A stretch of 64,000 nt of DNA from Spironucleus salmonicida (taxonomy: Eukaryota). Location: positions 693,797-757,796 of the forward strand of contig NC_090597.1 of the NCBI RefSeq assembly GCF_000497125.1, given 5' to 3'. The translations under genes and the position numbers were made by a program. The notes beneath the pieces were generated by a model. That model was not told where the DNA came from. It did no database searches and saw only the letters and a program-made list of their open reading frames with translations. Positions 14,250 to 26,787 of this stretch are shown in pieces. Numbering within the stretch: the first letter of the stretch is position 1; the number at the start of each line of letters is the position of its first letter.

Positions 14250-15029
14250 TTTAAAATAAATGGAATAGTTATTCTTATATGTATATTGGATATGAATAAG
14301 TAATATCAGTTTTTGTTTCTTCTTATCTTTAAATAGTAAGTAGTATTACCTTCCATTAAACATATATTTCATGCGTACTTCTTTATAAATTCGTAATAAC
14401 CTATTTTATTTATACCATTATCAATATAAATAAAAAACAATCTTATGTTTTATCTTCTATTTATTATTATTATTATTTTATGACTAACATGAATTTGAAT
14501 GTAACTTTTATACTTTTTCAAATTAACAATGAATATATTTCGATAACGACATATATATACCTAAGAATCTTTAAATTATTATTTTAATATTATACACTAA
14601 ATTGCTTAAGTATATTTCTAAACATAAACAAAAATACGTAATTTTGATATTAACAAAATTAACAACTACTTGTCAAGATTGCTTTCGATCAAACCTAAGA
14701 AATAAAATCTATAATTTTGCATGTTTCCTTATTCCATCTCAATTAAGCCTTAGCGTAGTATCGTATTTCAAAAACATCACAATATCATATTTGATAGAAG
14801 CTGCAATTCATGCAATTTTTATCAATTCACATGTCTTATTCTTTTAAGCATAAAAGCTTTTTCAGTACTGCTTAGATGCTACCAAAGTAAAATTTAAAAA
14901 TTCAATGTCGCTACTTATTACATCATCTCAATATAGGTTATTCATATTATCAAGCGTTTGATATATAAGCTCCTCTTCTGTCCATTCTCTTTTGAAATTT
15001 TTCATATCATATCTATATATTATTTAATA

Positions 15030-15620
15030 TCACTTCTTTCCTTTCTTACTCAAGTAATACGCGAGGCCGCCACTATAATAATTCCAGTTAACATGCCATG
15101 ACAAATATCCGTCAGAGCCTTATATAAAAACGAAAAACCCTACTTTTTCAGCCCACCGCACAATCCGCCCAATTATCCTCTTTCAAGATATAGCCAAGAA
15201 GGCAAATTGCGCATTTATTGGTACCCCTACCTGTGAATTTTCCATCTATAGAAACATAATTACGCGTATTTATGCACCCAGTTCACGTATCATGACTATC
15301 TTCTCAACATGTACAACGAACATCTCCACATGCTCCCCTGCCTCTGAACTTTCCTAGCAAATGCCTAAATTCTAACCAACAGCATCTCGTAAACGCAGTT
15401 TATCATTACTTTTTGCACTGCATGCTAATTGTCCACGCATTCATCTAAGCACTCATAATTTGTTCGCTAAATCAAATTCATGCATGTTCTATGTTAATAT
15501 CTACTTTCATTTTACAATGTGTTGCTCCTCAAAATTATCTTATTTTGCAGTACACGAAAGTGGAAATAAATGGGTTTCCAGCAGATTTTGCCCTGCAAAC
15601 CGCGCCCTCTTAGCAAGGTC
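15030..15620 (-). pseudogene. Decayed CRMP1-type gene
   Basis: Recognisable 3' end (GGLAYYLSKKGKK*, AGTGA) and scattered CxxC remnants (CLPGYILK-like) in shifting frames. 5' limit uncertain. Confidence 0.7.
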
Positions 15621-16389
15621 TCCTGGGATCTGAAGCGCGAGCGAGCCCTTCGGAGGCTGCGCGCGTGCGGTTTTGGGTGCAAATTCGATACTGGAGATCG
15701 TGAAATGTGCGAGGTAACAGCGGCAGAAATGGAAGTTTGTGCCTAGAAAACTGTTTGTATTTGAGTTGGTCTAGACGTCAGGAATTAGCTGTGGGGAAAT
15801 GAAAGGCATGAGTAGGGCAGGGTAAGAAGTCTGCTTAGGATGCAGGAGATGCATGGTATTCGCATGATTGCAGTGATATAATAAGGTGTTGGGGTTGTTG
15901 CGTTTGTGTGGGATGTTAACTAGCATTATCATAGTCAGATATTAGGGGAATAGGGTAATAATGGGTTGATAGGGTGCGGTTAGTAAACATACTTTGTACT
16001 ATAGTAATAATAATACAAAATTGGTATTATACAGTTTAATAGAAATTAGGTTTTAGGTAAAACAAATAGAATACATATTGGTGAGGTATGCAATTACTAA
16101 TCCCAGGGAGTAAAATAGTTTTCTTAATGGCGTGGTTAAGCTATCTATAGACCTAGTATAGATAATACTAACCATCATGAGATAGTTAAGGTTGCTGCAG
16201 TAATAGCGTGATGTATTTGAATTAACTACTTATGACCTTATCTCGTTTCTGCTCAGGTAGGATTATTTCATAAATATGATAATTTATTTAAATATCTGCA
16301 CAGATACAGCGTATGGTGTGGGTATAATGCTAGGCTCACTATAGTACGTATATACTTCAGCGACCTGATGCTATTCTCAAGCTATACTT

Positions 16390-18000
16390 ACATGGCTGCT
16401 AACAAAATCATCGGAAACCGAAAATATGGTTGTTGCAGTGATGTTAATTCATATCAGCCCATGCTCCAGAAGGACAGCTTACGTATTTCCAGCAAAGGCT
16501 GCCCAGGTGGAGCTGGATGCCAGATGAATGACCAATGTGAGATATAAATTTACTAAATATTCAATTTAGTCAACTGGTAAGGGAGCCTGCACGTATACCC
16601 CGTACCTGCTGAAGTTTCTAACCCGGCTACGATTTTACAGCAATGCGTGCAGACCTTGCCAGATTGCGCTATTTCGCTGGATACTTCCATAGCATGCGTC
16701 GAATGCAAGCAGTGCTATATTTTTATTTTAACCGAATACCCTAAGTGCATTGCGAACTCTATCTGCTTCTCTGACTAGTTATTTTGTGAAGAAGGTGAAA
16801 AATATTTTCGAATAAAAGAATGGTTCTGTGCGTCTCGCCTCCGGGGAAGCGAATAACGCAGAAGGGCATCCTGCTCCACTTACATGAAGGAATATATACT
16901 GTTGAATTTTACTGGTCAGCCTTGTCATGGAGACTGCGCCGACCGTGTAGGAGATGAATGCTACGAGTGCAACGAAGATTAGACGGCTAGCGACAATTTC
17001 TGCATAGTATGTCCGGTAAATTTTGCAAATGCAGATAGGTACAATACTACAAGATATGGGATGCTAACCACTCTAGCAATCCGTATAGAAGCAGATTCAG
17101 CTTCTGCATGTCTTGTCACTACTGGGCTGCGATGGAGTGTTGCGAGCGAATTTGGTGCCCTAAATCCATGATAGCCTAGCAGATTATGCGGTGTGAAGAC
17201 TACGGGATATACCTGTACGCCATCCATGAGGATATGTTACATGCAGAGGAGATTAAGATTTCAATAAGTATATAATTGGGATTTAAAAGTATGCCATGCA
17301 TTCATAAGCTGTTGTAAACATTATCAATGATGCGCAAATGCAGAAATATGAGAAGAATACGCACTTTGGTATCGCCCAATGACAGGAACGAGTATGTGAA
17401 TGAAAATAGCACAGATGTTAACCTTAGCCATCTAGGAAGGCAAGAGGCAGCGAGAACCTGGAGGCGTTTGCATTCAGTGACAGACCTTGAGCAGGGTGTG
17501 CTCTGGCAAAATATTTGCGAGTACTTTTTATCTGCAAGGTTTTCGAGAGACAGAACACACGAGAAGAATAATAGCAACCGGAATCTTTGCCCACCAGGCT
17601 CCTAGTACGAGAGTGTCTATGCTGGAACCTAGGACTACCAATTCATGTGATTTGCAACAAGTACGAGACTTTGAACGCGTAGTTCCTGTGCAACCCTGGC
17701 TTTAGCTAACTGTATGCAAAGAAGAGATAACAGTGCGAAGTTCAAGTAAGCCTTGAGTGCTTAGATTTTGGCGAACCGCACGATATGGCGAGTTGGTCCG
17801 CGCTATGCACATAGACCGGAAAACCTGAGGAAATAGGTTAATCTGCTTATCTAGCGATGCAGACTTGGTACTGGTAGAGGGAGGCTGCGCGTGCACACGA
17901 GTTTGGAAGCGGCTCTATTACAGTATTGGAGGGGGTCTTGCCACCGCATGTTACTCAATCTTAACTGGGTTGCTTAAGCAACGAATGTCAAGAGAAATAA
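16390..18000 (+). pseudogene. Decayed large cysteine-rich membrane protein gene
   Basis: Fragments such as CHGDCADRVGDECYECNED and IACVECKQC, ending in TM-like IGGGLATACYSILTGLLKQR. No continuous frame. Boundaries approximate. Confidence 0.55.
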
Positions 18001-18329
18001 TGGTTTCCTGGCACATGGCAAGACCCTAGAGTCAATAGGGAAAGGATTCCACTAAACGGCCCAGAGGATAAAATGTTGACCAGAAGTAAATTTTGAATGA
18101 AATTCATTGATTCTCTAATATGACGATTGCATGCAATATTCCAACAGTAGGTAATCGATTTCCCATCCATTTTGGTTTGCAACAGCTCCTGTCACTTATG
18201 GGGTACTAGTAAGCTGATATTGTTTTTCGGAAAGGGAGTATATTGTATATTAACATACCAAATCAATATATCATACTAGGCAGAACCGCGATGAACACCG
18301 TGCTGACCCCATTGATACCATCGCAAAAC

Positions 18330-19420
18330 CTCGCAGAATGCGGTCGCGGTACTTTGCTAGTTGCTTTTATTTTCTATCTTCTGCCATATTCTCAAAACTA
18401 GTGCCCAACCTGCGCTGGCAGTGCTGATGCCGGCCAGCCCGAGCGGGATCCCTAGAGTGACGCCTATGTGCATGTAGCCATCACTTTTCTCATAAGCACG
18501 TATTAAATATATTCTAGTCCAGCTGCACTGGAGCACTCCTTGCACGCCTGGCCAGCCAGCTGATCCCGTGTAGCGCACTTTACGTACTTTCGCAATCGTA
18601 CGTAAAGCAGTTGCGGTATTTCTCGCTTCTGTACTCGGTCTGATAAACGGTGTGCCTGTACTCCGTAGTACACCGTCTCTGCTGTACTGTCCACCTGCTA
18701 GTTTGGAATACAAATGAGCCGGCAAGTGCCCATAGCCATTTATACCCTCATACACAGTGTTCACATGACCAGAATCACCTGTTTATAGCATCTCTGAAAA
18801 CATCACGGTGGGTTTCCCTTCAGTACCGTAAGCGAGACAGCATCTTTAGCCTTGGTACGTGCAGGGTTTCACTGCTTCCCCAATTCAGGGTTGGTAGCCA
18901 AATCCCTCTAAATAGAAGCAGCTGGACACGAAGTGCACCAAGTCTTGCCTCCTGGGCATGATTTGCAGGGTTATGCGAAATTCGTCAAAATCACCTTGCT
19001 AGCATTCCTGGCATGACATGTTACCAGAAATTCCGCAGCCTAGAATGCAGTTGCCGCACGCAGCCCTGTCAAGTTAATAGGACACGCCGCAGTGCTTTGA
19101 GGGTCCGCAGGTGCACTCCTGGTAGCATGTACCCCGTCTTCGCATTCGAGGTAGGCACCACCGATCTCGTGATGGCCATCCTACCAGGGCCTGCGCGTAC
19201 GCACAATTCTAGTTGTATATGTTGCAGTATTACCATCGCCGAGGTAGTGATATTTCTTGCGACCTGAGCAGGTGATGCCGTCAGGTCACCTTTGTGTGAC
19301 ACTAAGCTTCTGCAAAGCATGTAGGGAGGAGTGTAAAGCAGAGGTTCGGGACAGTTATCAGCGGGTATGAGCAGCCATCGACACAGTTTAGAGAGTGTAT
19401 CTTTCAGTTCCTGGGGCTGC
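18330..19420 (-). pseudogene. Decayed membrane (probably cysteine-rich) protein gene
   Basis: Remnants such as CKECSS and a terminal TM-like IGVTLGIPLGLAGISTASAGWALVLRIWQK. Frames interrupted. Confidence 0.4.
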
Positions 19421-19975
19421 GGAGATGGGAGATGGAAATTTTGGGAAGGGTGGTACGATCTGCTCTGGGTAAGAAGGGTGCCCAGCGCAAGTGGAAGTAT
19501 GTACAGGCGGTATGCAGTTTGTATTTGTAGGTCGGGATTGGTTTCTGCGTGAGCTTTACAGGCGGGATATTGGCGTTAGAATTTGTAATAGAAGGCTCTC
19601 ATCAGGTCTATCGCGGTTTCTGCAAAATATATTTGCGGGCGGTAGCTGTACCAATCGAGAACTACATAAGGCGCTTAAAAATTATTATACACCAAGTCGC
19701 CTATTCCGCGAGATTGGAGTTTTAGCTACTCTAGTCTATAATTCTGCTTGTATTAGTATCCTACAATATCCTTCCAAATCAAGTCTGGCAGTTTTATGCT
19801 CCTGGGATAATATATGGTCCGTAATGACACACTGACGATGCTAATTCTGCGTAGCAACGATCCTGCGAGATACGACGCTGCGTGCGCCACCCTATATAAC
19901 TCCCTATGCGCAGTTTCACTTAGTACATATTATACGCTGATACCCGAGTAATCATTTCCGTTACCACTCCACAAA

Positions 19976-21451
19976 ATGTCTGGCAAGAAGGAAAAGACCC
20001 AGAAGCAGAACATTCGCTCAGGCCTCGAGACCTTCAACCTCCCCAAGTCCAACTTCTCGGACTGGTACGACGCCATCATGGACGCCGCCGAGATCGTCGA
20101 CAGGCGCTACCCCGTGAAGGGCGCGCCCGTCCTGCGCCCCTACGGCTTCTTCATGCACAACGCCATCATGCGCAAGATCGAGGACGACTACGCCGAGCAG
20201 GGCATCCAGCAGTCCCTCTTCCCCACGCTGATCCCCCGCTCCTTCCTGGCGAAGGAGGCCGAGCACATCAAGGGCTTTGAGTCGGAGTGCTACTGGTGCG
20301 ACCGCGGCGGCCTCGACGCCCTGGAGGAGCCCCTGGCGCTGCGCCCCACCTCGGAGACCGCGATCTACTCCATGTTCGCCCTCTGGACGCGCTCGTTCCG
20401 GGACCTGCCCCTCAAGATCCACCAGACCTGCTCCGTGTTCCGCTTCGAGACCAAGAACACCCGCCCCCTCATCAGGGTGCGCGAGATCCCCTGGAACGAG
20501 GCCCATACCGCTCACGCCACCCGCGAGGAGGCGCTGGCGCAGATGAAGATCTACTGGGAGGTCTACCTGTCAGTCTTCGAGGCGATGGGCTTCTACGGCC
20601 AGAAGCTCGTCCGTGCCCCCTGGGACAAGTTCGCCGGGGCCGAGCACACTGAGGTGCTGGACGTCGTCATGCCCTGCGGCAAGGTGCTGCAGACGGCGGG
20701 CATCCACTTCCTCGGCCAGAAGTTCGCCAAGGTGTTCAACATCAAGTTCATCGACCAGAACAACACCCAGCAGTTCGCCGAGATGACTTGCGCCGGTATT
20801 TCCACCAGGGCGCTTGCCTGCGCGCTCTCGGTCCACGGCGACCAGAAGGGCCTCATGCTCCCCAGCCTGATCGCCATGTACCAGGTCGTACTGGTGCCCT
20901 GCGGGAAGTACGGCGACGACCTGGTCCTCAAGATGAAGGAGATCCAGCAGACGCTCAAGGCGGCCGGCATCAGGTCCTTCTTCGACGACTCCAAGAAGTC
21001 CATGGGCGAGAAGATCTTCCACTGGGAGATGAAGGGCGTCCCTCTCCGCATCGAGCTCGGCCCCCGCGACCTAGAGAGCGGCGACTTCGTGGCCATCTGC
21101 AGGGACACCGGCAAGGACGGCAAGCAGGTCTTCAAGGTCCAGGACATCGCGGCGGTCGCGAGAGACCAGCTGGCCCAATACGACAGCAGGCTCAGGGCGG
21201 CAGGCAGGGCCTTCGCGACCGAGAGGTGCGCCACCTGCAGGACGCTCGCGGAGGCCCAGGCCGCCGTCCCCAGCGGCTTCGCCAGGGTGCCCCTCGCGGA
21301 GCTGGAGCAGTCCCTCGAGGAGGCCTTCAAGAAGCTCGTCGTGGGCGCCGAGATCCGCGGCTACGACCCCGAGGCCGCCTGCGAGGGCGAGCTGTGCGTC
21401 GTGACCGGCGCGCCGGCGAAGTTCTGGTGCTTCGTGGCGAGAGCGTACTGA
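19976..21451 (+). CDS. ProRS: Prolyl-tRNA synthetase, archaeal/eukaryote-like type (491 aa)
   Basis: FSDWY, RYPVKG, LALRPTSETAIY, motif 2 FRFETKNTRPLIRVREI.W.E.HTAH, HFLGQKF, CAGISTR, anticodon-binding WEMKGVPLRIELGPRD, C-terminal ARAY. Strong GC3 bias. Confidence 0.98.
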   Translation: MSGKKEKTQKQNIRSGLETFNLPKSNFSDWYDAIMDAAEIVDRRYPVKGAPVLRPYGFFMHNAIMRKIEDDYAEQGIQQSLFPTLIPRSFLAKEAEHIKGFESECYWCDRGGLDALEEPLALRPTSETAIYSMFALWTRSFRDLPLKIHQTCSVFRFETKNTRPLIRVREIPWNEAHTAHATREEALAQMKIYWEVYLSVFEAMGFYGQKLVRAPWDKFAGAEHTEVLDVVMPCGKVLQTAGIHFLGQKFAKVFNIKFIDQNNTQQFAEMTCAGISTRALACALSVHGDQKGLMLPSLIAMYQVVLVPCGKYGDDLVLKMKEIQQTLKAAGIRSFFDDSKKSMGEKIFHWEMKGVPLRIELGPRDLESGDFVAICRDTGKDGKQVFKVQDIAAVARDQLAQYDSRLRAAGRAFATERCATCRTLAEAQAAVPSGFARVPLAELEQSLEEAFKKLVVGAEIRGYDPEAACEGELCVVTGAPAKFWCFVARAY

Positions 21452-21461
21452 GATTGTCATT

Positions 21462-21668
21462 TCACTCGTCTAGGTAGTCGAAGTTGAGCATCTGGCCCTG
21501 CTGGTAGTACGCCGAGAACGCGTTCAGCTCCTCGAACTTCTGGTGCTCCCTCTCCAGGTCGCGCGTCGAGTTCGCGAGCAGGAAGTCGGTGTCGTGGGCG
21601 GCCGGCAGGCTGGCAAAGCTGGTCTGCGTTTTGCGCGCGATCTCAAATTTCTGCTGCAGAACGTTCAT
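21462..21668 (-). CDS. Small hypothetical protein (68 aa), convergent with ProRS
   Basis: MNVLQQKFEIARK...FDYLDE*. GC3-rich codons, C-rich motif before the ATG, AGTGA stop. Differences between the arm copies are synonymous. Confidence 0.75.
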   Translation of the reverse strand: MNVLQQKFEIARKTQTSFASLPAAHDTDFLLANSTRDLEREHQKFEELNAFSAYYQQGQMLNFDYLDE

Positions 21669-21871
21669 TTGGAGTGCGGGTGGAACGGTAGGGCAAGGTA
21701 TTGGGCGGTGCAGATGCGGACGCGGTCCCACCGGTGCATGGGCAGCGCTACTGCGGGCGGCAGGGGCAGCTTGGGTGCGCGCCTGCAGCTGGGATAGCGT
21801 TCCAATCCTCCTGGCCCAACTCGCCAGCTAAATGGCTTGGCCCATCGTCGCGCGCAGTGAGACAGCACAGA

Positions 21872-22252
21872 TCACGAAAAGTCAATCCGGCCGACGTACT
21901 CGTCGTAGTCGATGCCGAAGTGCTGCAGCACCTCGCGGTTGGGCAGCTGCTTGCCGGCGTGGGTCTGGGGCTGCGTGCTGCCCTCGAATCCCGGAAACTT
22001 GACCCGCAGCGTCAGGTCGGTGAAGTCCATGAAGTAGCGGCCGGAGGAGGTGAGGACGCCCGTCTCGTAGCCCTGCAGGACGCCCTCGGGGCAGAGGACG
22101 AAGGAGTGAAACGCGAAGTTCTTGACGATCTTGAAGCCGCTCTGGCCGTGCTCGTTCAGCTCGAGGGAGAAGAAGCAGCCGCCGTAGTAGTAGACGGAGG
22201 GCTCCTCTACGGACCGCGCGACTGCGATCGATGCGTAGTCTGGAAGGGACAT
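21872..22252 (-). CDS. Hypothetical protein (126 aa)
   Basis: aaaATG context, MSLPDYASIAVARSVEEPSVYYYGGCFF...GRIDFS*. Strong GC3 bias. Same protein in the right arm. Confidence 0.75.
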   Translation of the reverse strand: MSLPDYASIAVARSVEEPSVYYYGGCFFSLELNEHGQSGFKIVKNFAFHSFVLCPEGVLQGYETGVLTSSGRYFMDFTDLTLRVKFPGFEGSTQPQTHAGKQLPNREVLQHFGIDYDEYVGRIDFS

Positions 22253-23828
22253 TTTCGGTGCGTATGCTGACAATTATACAGAACTCGAGATAGTATTCCG
22301 CCACTATACAAAGCAATGCGCGCCAGCCGATGGGCGCTCTGGGATGCGGTGGGCGTGCGAGAGGACCCGTGCTGCACCAGCTGGCGGGAGCCTTCAGCCG
22401 CGGAGGTGCCGCTCGCCTGAGGAGCTAGAGGCGAGGAGCACGCGCAGGCGCTCGGCAGTGTGTCCGGCTGCTAGGGGGTGCCTGCGTACTACTATAATGG
22501 TGCGGTGCCGTCCTGCCTGCCCTACTGCATGTCGGCAGCAACGGCACCGCTGGTGCGGACCAGAGAAGGCGCCCGCTTTTTCTCGATATGGCTAGTATGG
22601 TATTGGTGTACGCAAACTAAAAAATGCAAAGTGGAGTGGGAATCGTAAACATTGTTTGCATATCTATTTGGTGCAAATGCAGTAACTAATAGCCAGCAAT
22701 GCGCAACTCCGCCTCCTGTAATTACTGTCTGCTTGGTTTATTGTACCTCGCGAGGCCTGCCGCAAGAGCAAAGATACCGGAATATATATTAGAGTCGGCT
22801 CCATAAGATGACGATGCTGTCCATCGCGGCGCAGCACACCCAGAACCTGGGGAGGGCCACGAGTCCACTGCGGCCAACACGAGGCATAACGTTAACATCG
22901 CCCACTGGACCGGTGTGCGGGTGACGGTGCCAGTTGACATCATCAACTTCGGGATATCGGCTTCCATACAGTGATAGTGGGGAGCGTAACTTCTGCTCAC
23001 CACGCGGACACCCGACTTCACGCATAACTTCAACTTCTTCTACTCGGACTTCCGCAGCCCGCGGTTCTGCTACCAGGTCCGCCCAGTAGGCAGCCTAGTT
23101 CAGCGCGATCCGGCAGAACGATATCTCCCTCCCGATCCTGCTGAGCAATAGTGAGAGCAAGGTTCGGATGCTCTCCTAGCAGGTGGGGCGAAGGGCTCCC
23201 GGAGGGTCCAGATTGCAGCGCTCTCCGACACGATCTTGCGCGTTGTGATCTTCTCCATGGTCGGCGAGGCGTAGACGCGCATGTGAGGCTAGTCCGCAGG
23301 GCCTGGAGGTTCACGCGGCAGGTAGTAAGAGGATTATTTGTATAGGTTTGTGCTATACTAAAAGCATGGGTTTTAGCAATTATAGTTTAACGTCATGTTA
23401 ATGTTCATTTTGATGATCTGCCTTACGTCGCATTTTCTGAGTTTGCTTTTTCAACTAAATTATATTTAGAGTAATATTGTTACTTTGATGGCACTATTAA
23501 AGACATATAAGTAGCTATTAAAAGTTAAACTACTAGTACATTAATATATTAAAAATAACTTATATGTATGTTTTATGACAAATTTTTTAAATAATTTTTA
23601 GCATTACTATTTATTATATGCTATATAAACTGAAGAATCACTTTGATTGAATCATCTATTAAATAGGATAATTATATTCTTTTATTAGTTCATAAGAATG
23701 GGTATTTACTATGAGAACAATAATATTATTTAATCATATATAATATTAAATAAATATTATAATAATGATTATCTACTGTAAAAATAAATACCATACTTGA
23801 TACAAATATAATTATATCTAAGAGAAAA

Positions 23829-25385
23829 ATGCTGGTGTTACTTGCAGTCGAAATACCTGACTGCTATTCAGGAGCTACGGTATAATATAACTAAAATCTT
23901 GAAACTGCAACTGTAATGCTTGTATCAAATAATTAAGATGCTTGTTAGCAATTCCTTGATGAAGTTCGCCTTTCACTGATCTTTCATGATGGATTTCATC
24001 CTACGCATTTTACTTATGATTCATATAATTACAGTGATAGTAATAGAATTGTAATGTAAAATGTTGAAATTTTAAACGATGATCCAGAACCAGCGATGCC
24101 TTTATATGCCCGTTTAAATATTAGCAATCTAGCGTTTTGGACCGGTGTGCGTGTGGCATACGTCGGGAACTAGGTATCACAGATGGACCAGTGCTTCGAT
24201 CAGGTGCGCAGTAACTTTTCGATTATCCAGCGCAGCTTCTCCTTCACGGTCGGTGTCACAAACGCGTGCCTAGAGGAGATCAGCACTGGCGCGTTCCAGT
24301 TCTTGTACCAATTCAACGAAAAGGCAGATACAATCGCGATCCGCAGGCGGGAGGACTTCCCGGACGACTACAACTGCGAGACAATAGTTGAGGATGATAA
24401 AGTCTATTTACGTTGTAAATAAGAAGGAGATTTTATAATAGACCTATAGACGCCATTTATGGAAGCCACGGTGGAATTCACCATTCAAGCATCAGGTATC
24501 AATTATGCATCTGAGATTAATTTTGATACTGTTTTTGTTGGAACTGTTGTAGGACTTTTACAAAATATGCAAGTTTAGTTTTTTAAAGATCTTTTTTATA
24601 TAGAGATAACATTTAATACCAATACTACACTTCATGATGCTTGGGTTAATCTAGTATAAGGATCAAATTTATTTATATATCGGCTGACGGTGTAAACACC
24701 CATTTAATCTTTTACATTTTAATTTAATTATCCAGATTTTGACTTTAATCATATTATTTTAACCGAAAGCTGTTATGCTGATTTGAGTTGTCTTAATACT
24801 ATGAGCGCAATTAATAAGTATGCTGATAGTTCAAATTTTTATATGGATATAACTGGATTTTAAGATATAACATTAAAAGGAACAGTTGGTATGGAATTTA
24901 AGGCAAGAACTGCATGTTTTAGACGTATGGTTATGGAAGTCACCACTGCAACAACATTATGCATTGAATTGGAAAAATCTGCATATTTTAATTTAGGCGC
25001 ACATTGCTTATTAATAAAAGACGATACAATGTCAGTTGCTGTTGCTAATGGAATCAATTCATCTAATCATAATTAACGTATTTTTAATCAAGAAGTTAAA
25101 TTTTAGTTTAGTTTTAAAAATCCCAGATTTTGTTTTGAAGTTTCAGCAAATAAGGCATATGAGATTGCTAGCATGCGGTCTGACGAAGTATTTTTAATGA
25201 TACAATTAACATAAGGAAATAATACGGTTAGATTAGTTGGGAGCTAAGTAGGAGAAAATAATTATTCACTAATGTTAATTATTACATGCTTAGTTGGAGG
25301 TACAATAGTAATAGTAAGTTTAATTGATAGTGTTTGGAGAATGGTGATTTTTGTTAAGGTTAGCAAAACTTATAAGAGAAAGTGA
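23829..25385 (+). CDS. Type-I transmembrane protein (518 aa), unknown function
   Basis: Short hydrophobic N-terminus MLVLLAVEIPDCYSG, C-terminal TM LMLIITCLVGGTIVIVSLI, tail ...KTYKRK*, AGTGA. ORF fragments at 24183 and 24891 are in frame. Same length as the paralog at 32783-34339. Confidence 0.88.
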
Positions 25386-25759
25386 TAGAATCCTTATTTC
25401 AGATTGAATTTAATAAGTATATGTTCACTGATGGTGATGTTAATTGGTATTTTGAGCTAGATTAACTCAAAAATGATAGGATGAGTTAATTTTAATTTTA
25501 AGTTAATTATAAACTTAATATGAATAACATTTTTATAGTATAACATATTTTAATAATGCAGACTAAATTAAATAATATATAAATTTATATTCTCGAGGTA
25601 CTGTTTAGAAACTTTAGTGTATAAAATTAATTTTCAATTTAAAATAAATGATTAACAGTTAATATAAAATAATATTTATTGTTTGAGGTAAGTTTTCATA
25701 TTATTTTTTCAATTTATTCTACTTAGTATTATTATATATTAACTATAAATTCTGAAATA

Positions 25760-26470
25760 ATGAATCTATCTGATATTTTAACAAGCTCCTAATCCGCTAG
25801 GATACCATATTATAACCCTTTTTATACATCATTTACTTCAAAATTCAATAAGTTTTCCTAAACACCTTCAACAACCACCACTCTAACTAAAATATAACTA
25901 TTCATTACCTAGGCTAAAAAATCAAAAAGTTTGGTGGACCGTTTCATGTATGACGAGAAATGTTCTTTATCAAATAATTTCGGTCTTTTCAGCGCAGTTA
26001 AGCAACTCCAGAAAACCCTCCAAAGCGCGCTAATTTTGTTACAGGCCACGATGTCTTAGCATACTTATATTGAAAGCTGTGAATAGGCGAACCTTTCTCT
26101 TGAAATTGTTATTTAAAACATGTTTCATGGTTTCTTTGAAGTTGAGTCAAAATTTTCAACTAATTTTAGTGTAGCGTCTAATATGATTAAATTTGACCAT
26201 TTTAGCGAATAAATTACTCTTATTCTAGATAGTCTTAATGTTAATGAATACTAATTAAATAACGCAGATTAATATGTACATTTTTTGATGAAATATATTA
26301 AAAATTACGTAAATTAAACAGATAAACTGATTAGTGAACTATTAGTAGCCAATAATGCATTGTAGGTAGATACTAAGAAGTTAATCGACGGCGTGGAGAT
26401 AAAATATGCTGGAAAAATTACAATTTTAGAGCAAGAAATTGAGCGTTTAAAGCGATTATACAGTGAGTGA
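25760..26470 (+). CDS. Hypothetical protein (236 aa), coiled-coil-like C-terminus
   Basis: Open in code 6 from MNLSDILTSSQSARIPYYNPF to ...ILEQEIERLKRLYSE*, AGTGA stop. Confidence 0.75.
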
Positions 26471-26787
26471 ATTTAGGGGATTTGAATATTAATCAATTTT
26501 ACATGGTATTTTTAATATATCTATATTGAAACTTAAAATAATTTCAAGTAATAAATCTTGGTTATTAATTAAGGCTATAAGTGAATTATATTTTATAATG
26601 GCTTTAATAAATTTACAGTTTTTATAACACAAAATAATGAGCTTTTTAACTAGTATATATAATCATTTAAAAGCTATCAATTATCTTATAAAATATATAA
26701 TAATTGGAATAGTAAATTCTTTAAAAATCGAACCTGCGCGAGTCGCTAGGCCCGTCATCTCCTTTCCCCCAATTTTACCTTTCAAAA

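Larger units (their letters stand above)
1..25385. repeat. Left arm of a giant imperfect inverted repeat (continues off the window start)
   Basis: Reverse complement matches the right arm: 1<->58861, 688<->58174, 6831<->53282, 14249<->43922, 19976<->38193, 23345<->34823, 25385<->32783. Offsets shift at indels and non-homologous blocks (about 4.4-5.7 kb and 10.6-12.2 kb). Confidence 0.97.

Noticed and set aside
20018-21477. Multiple long overlapping or antisense ORFs across ProRS (and 36692-38151)
   Set aside because: Shadows of extreme GC3 bias; only the ProRS frame has conserved motifs.
22340-23345. GC-rich stretch with several short ORFs (mirrored at 34820-35830)
   Set aside because: No consistent codon bias or recognisable motif. 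Probably a decayed gene, but I cannot assign it.
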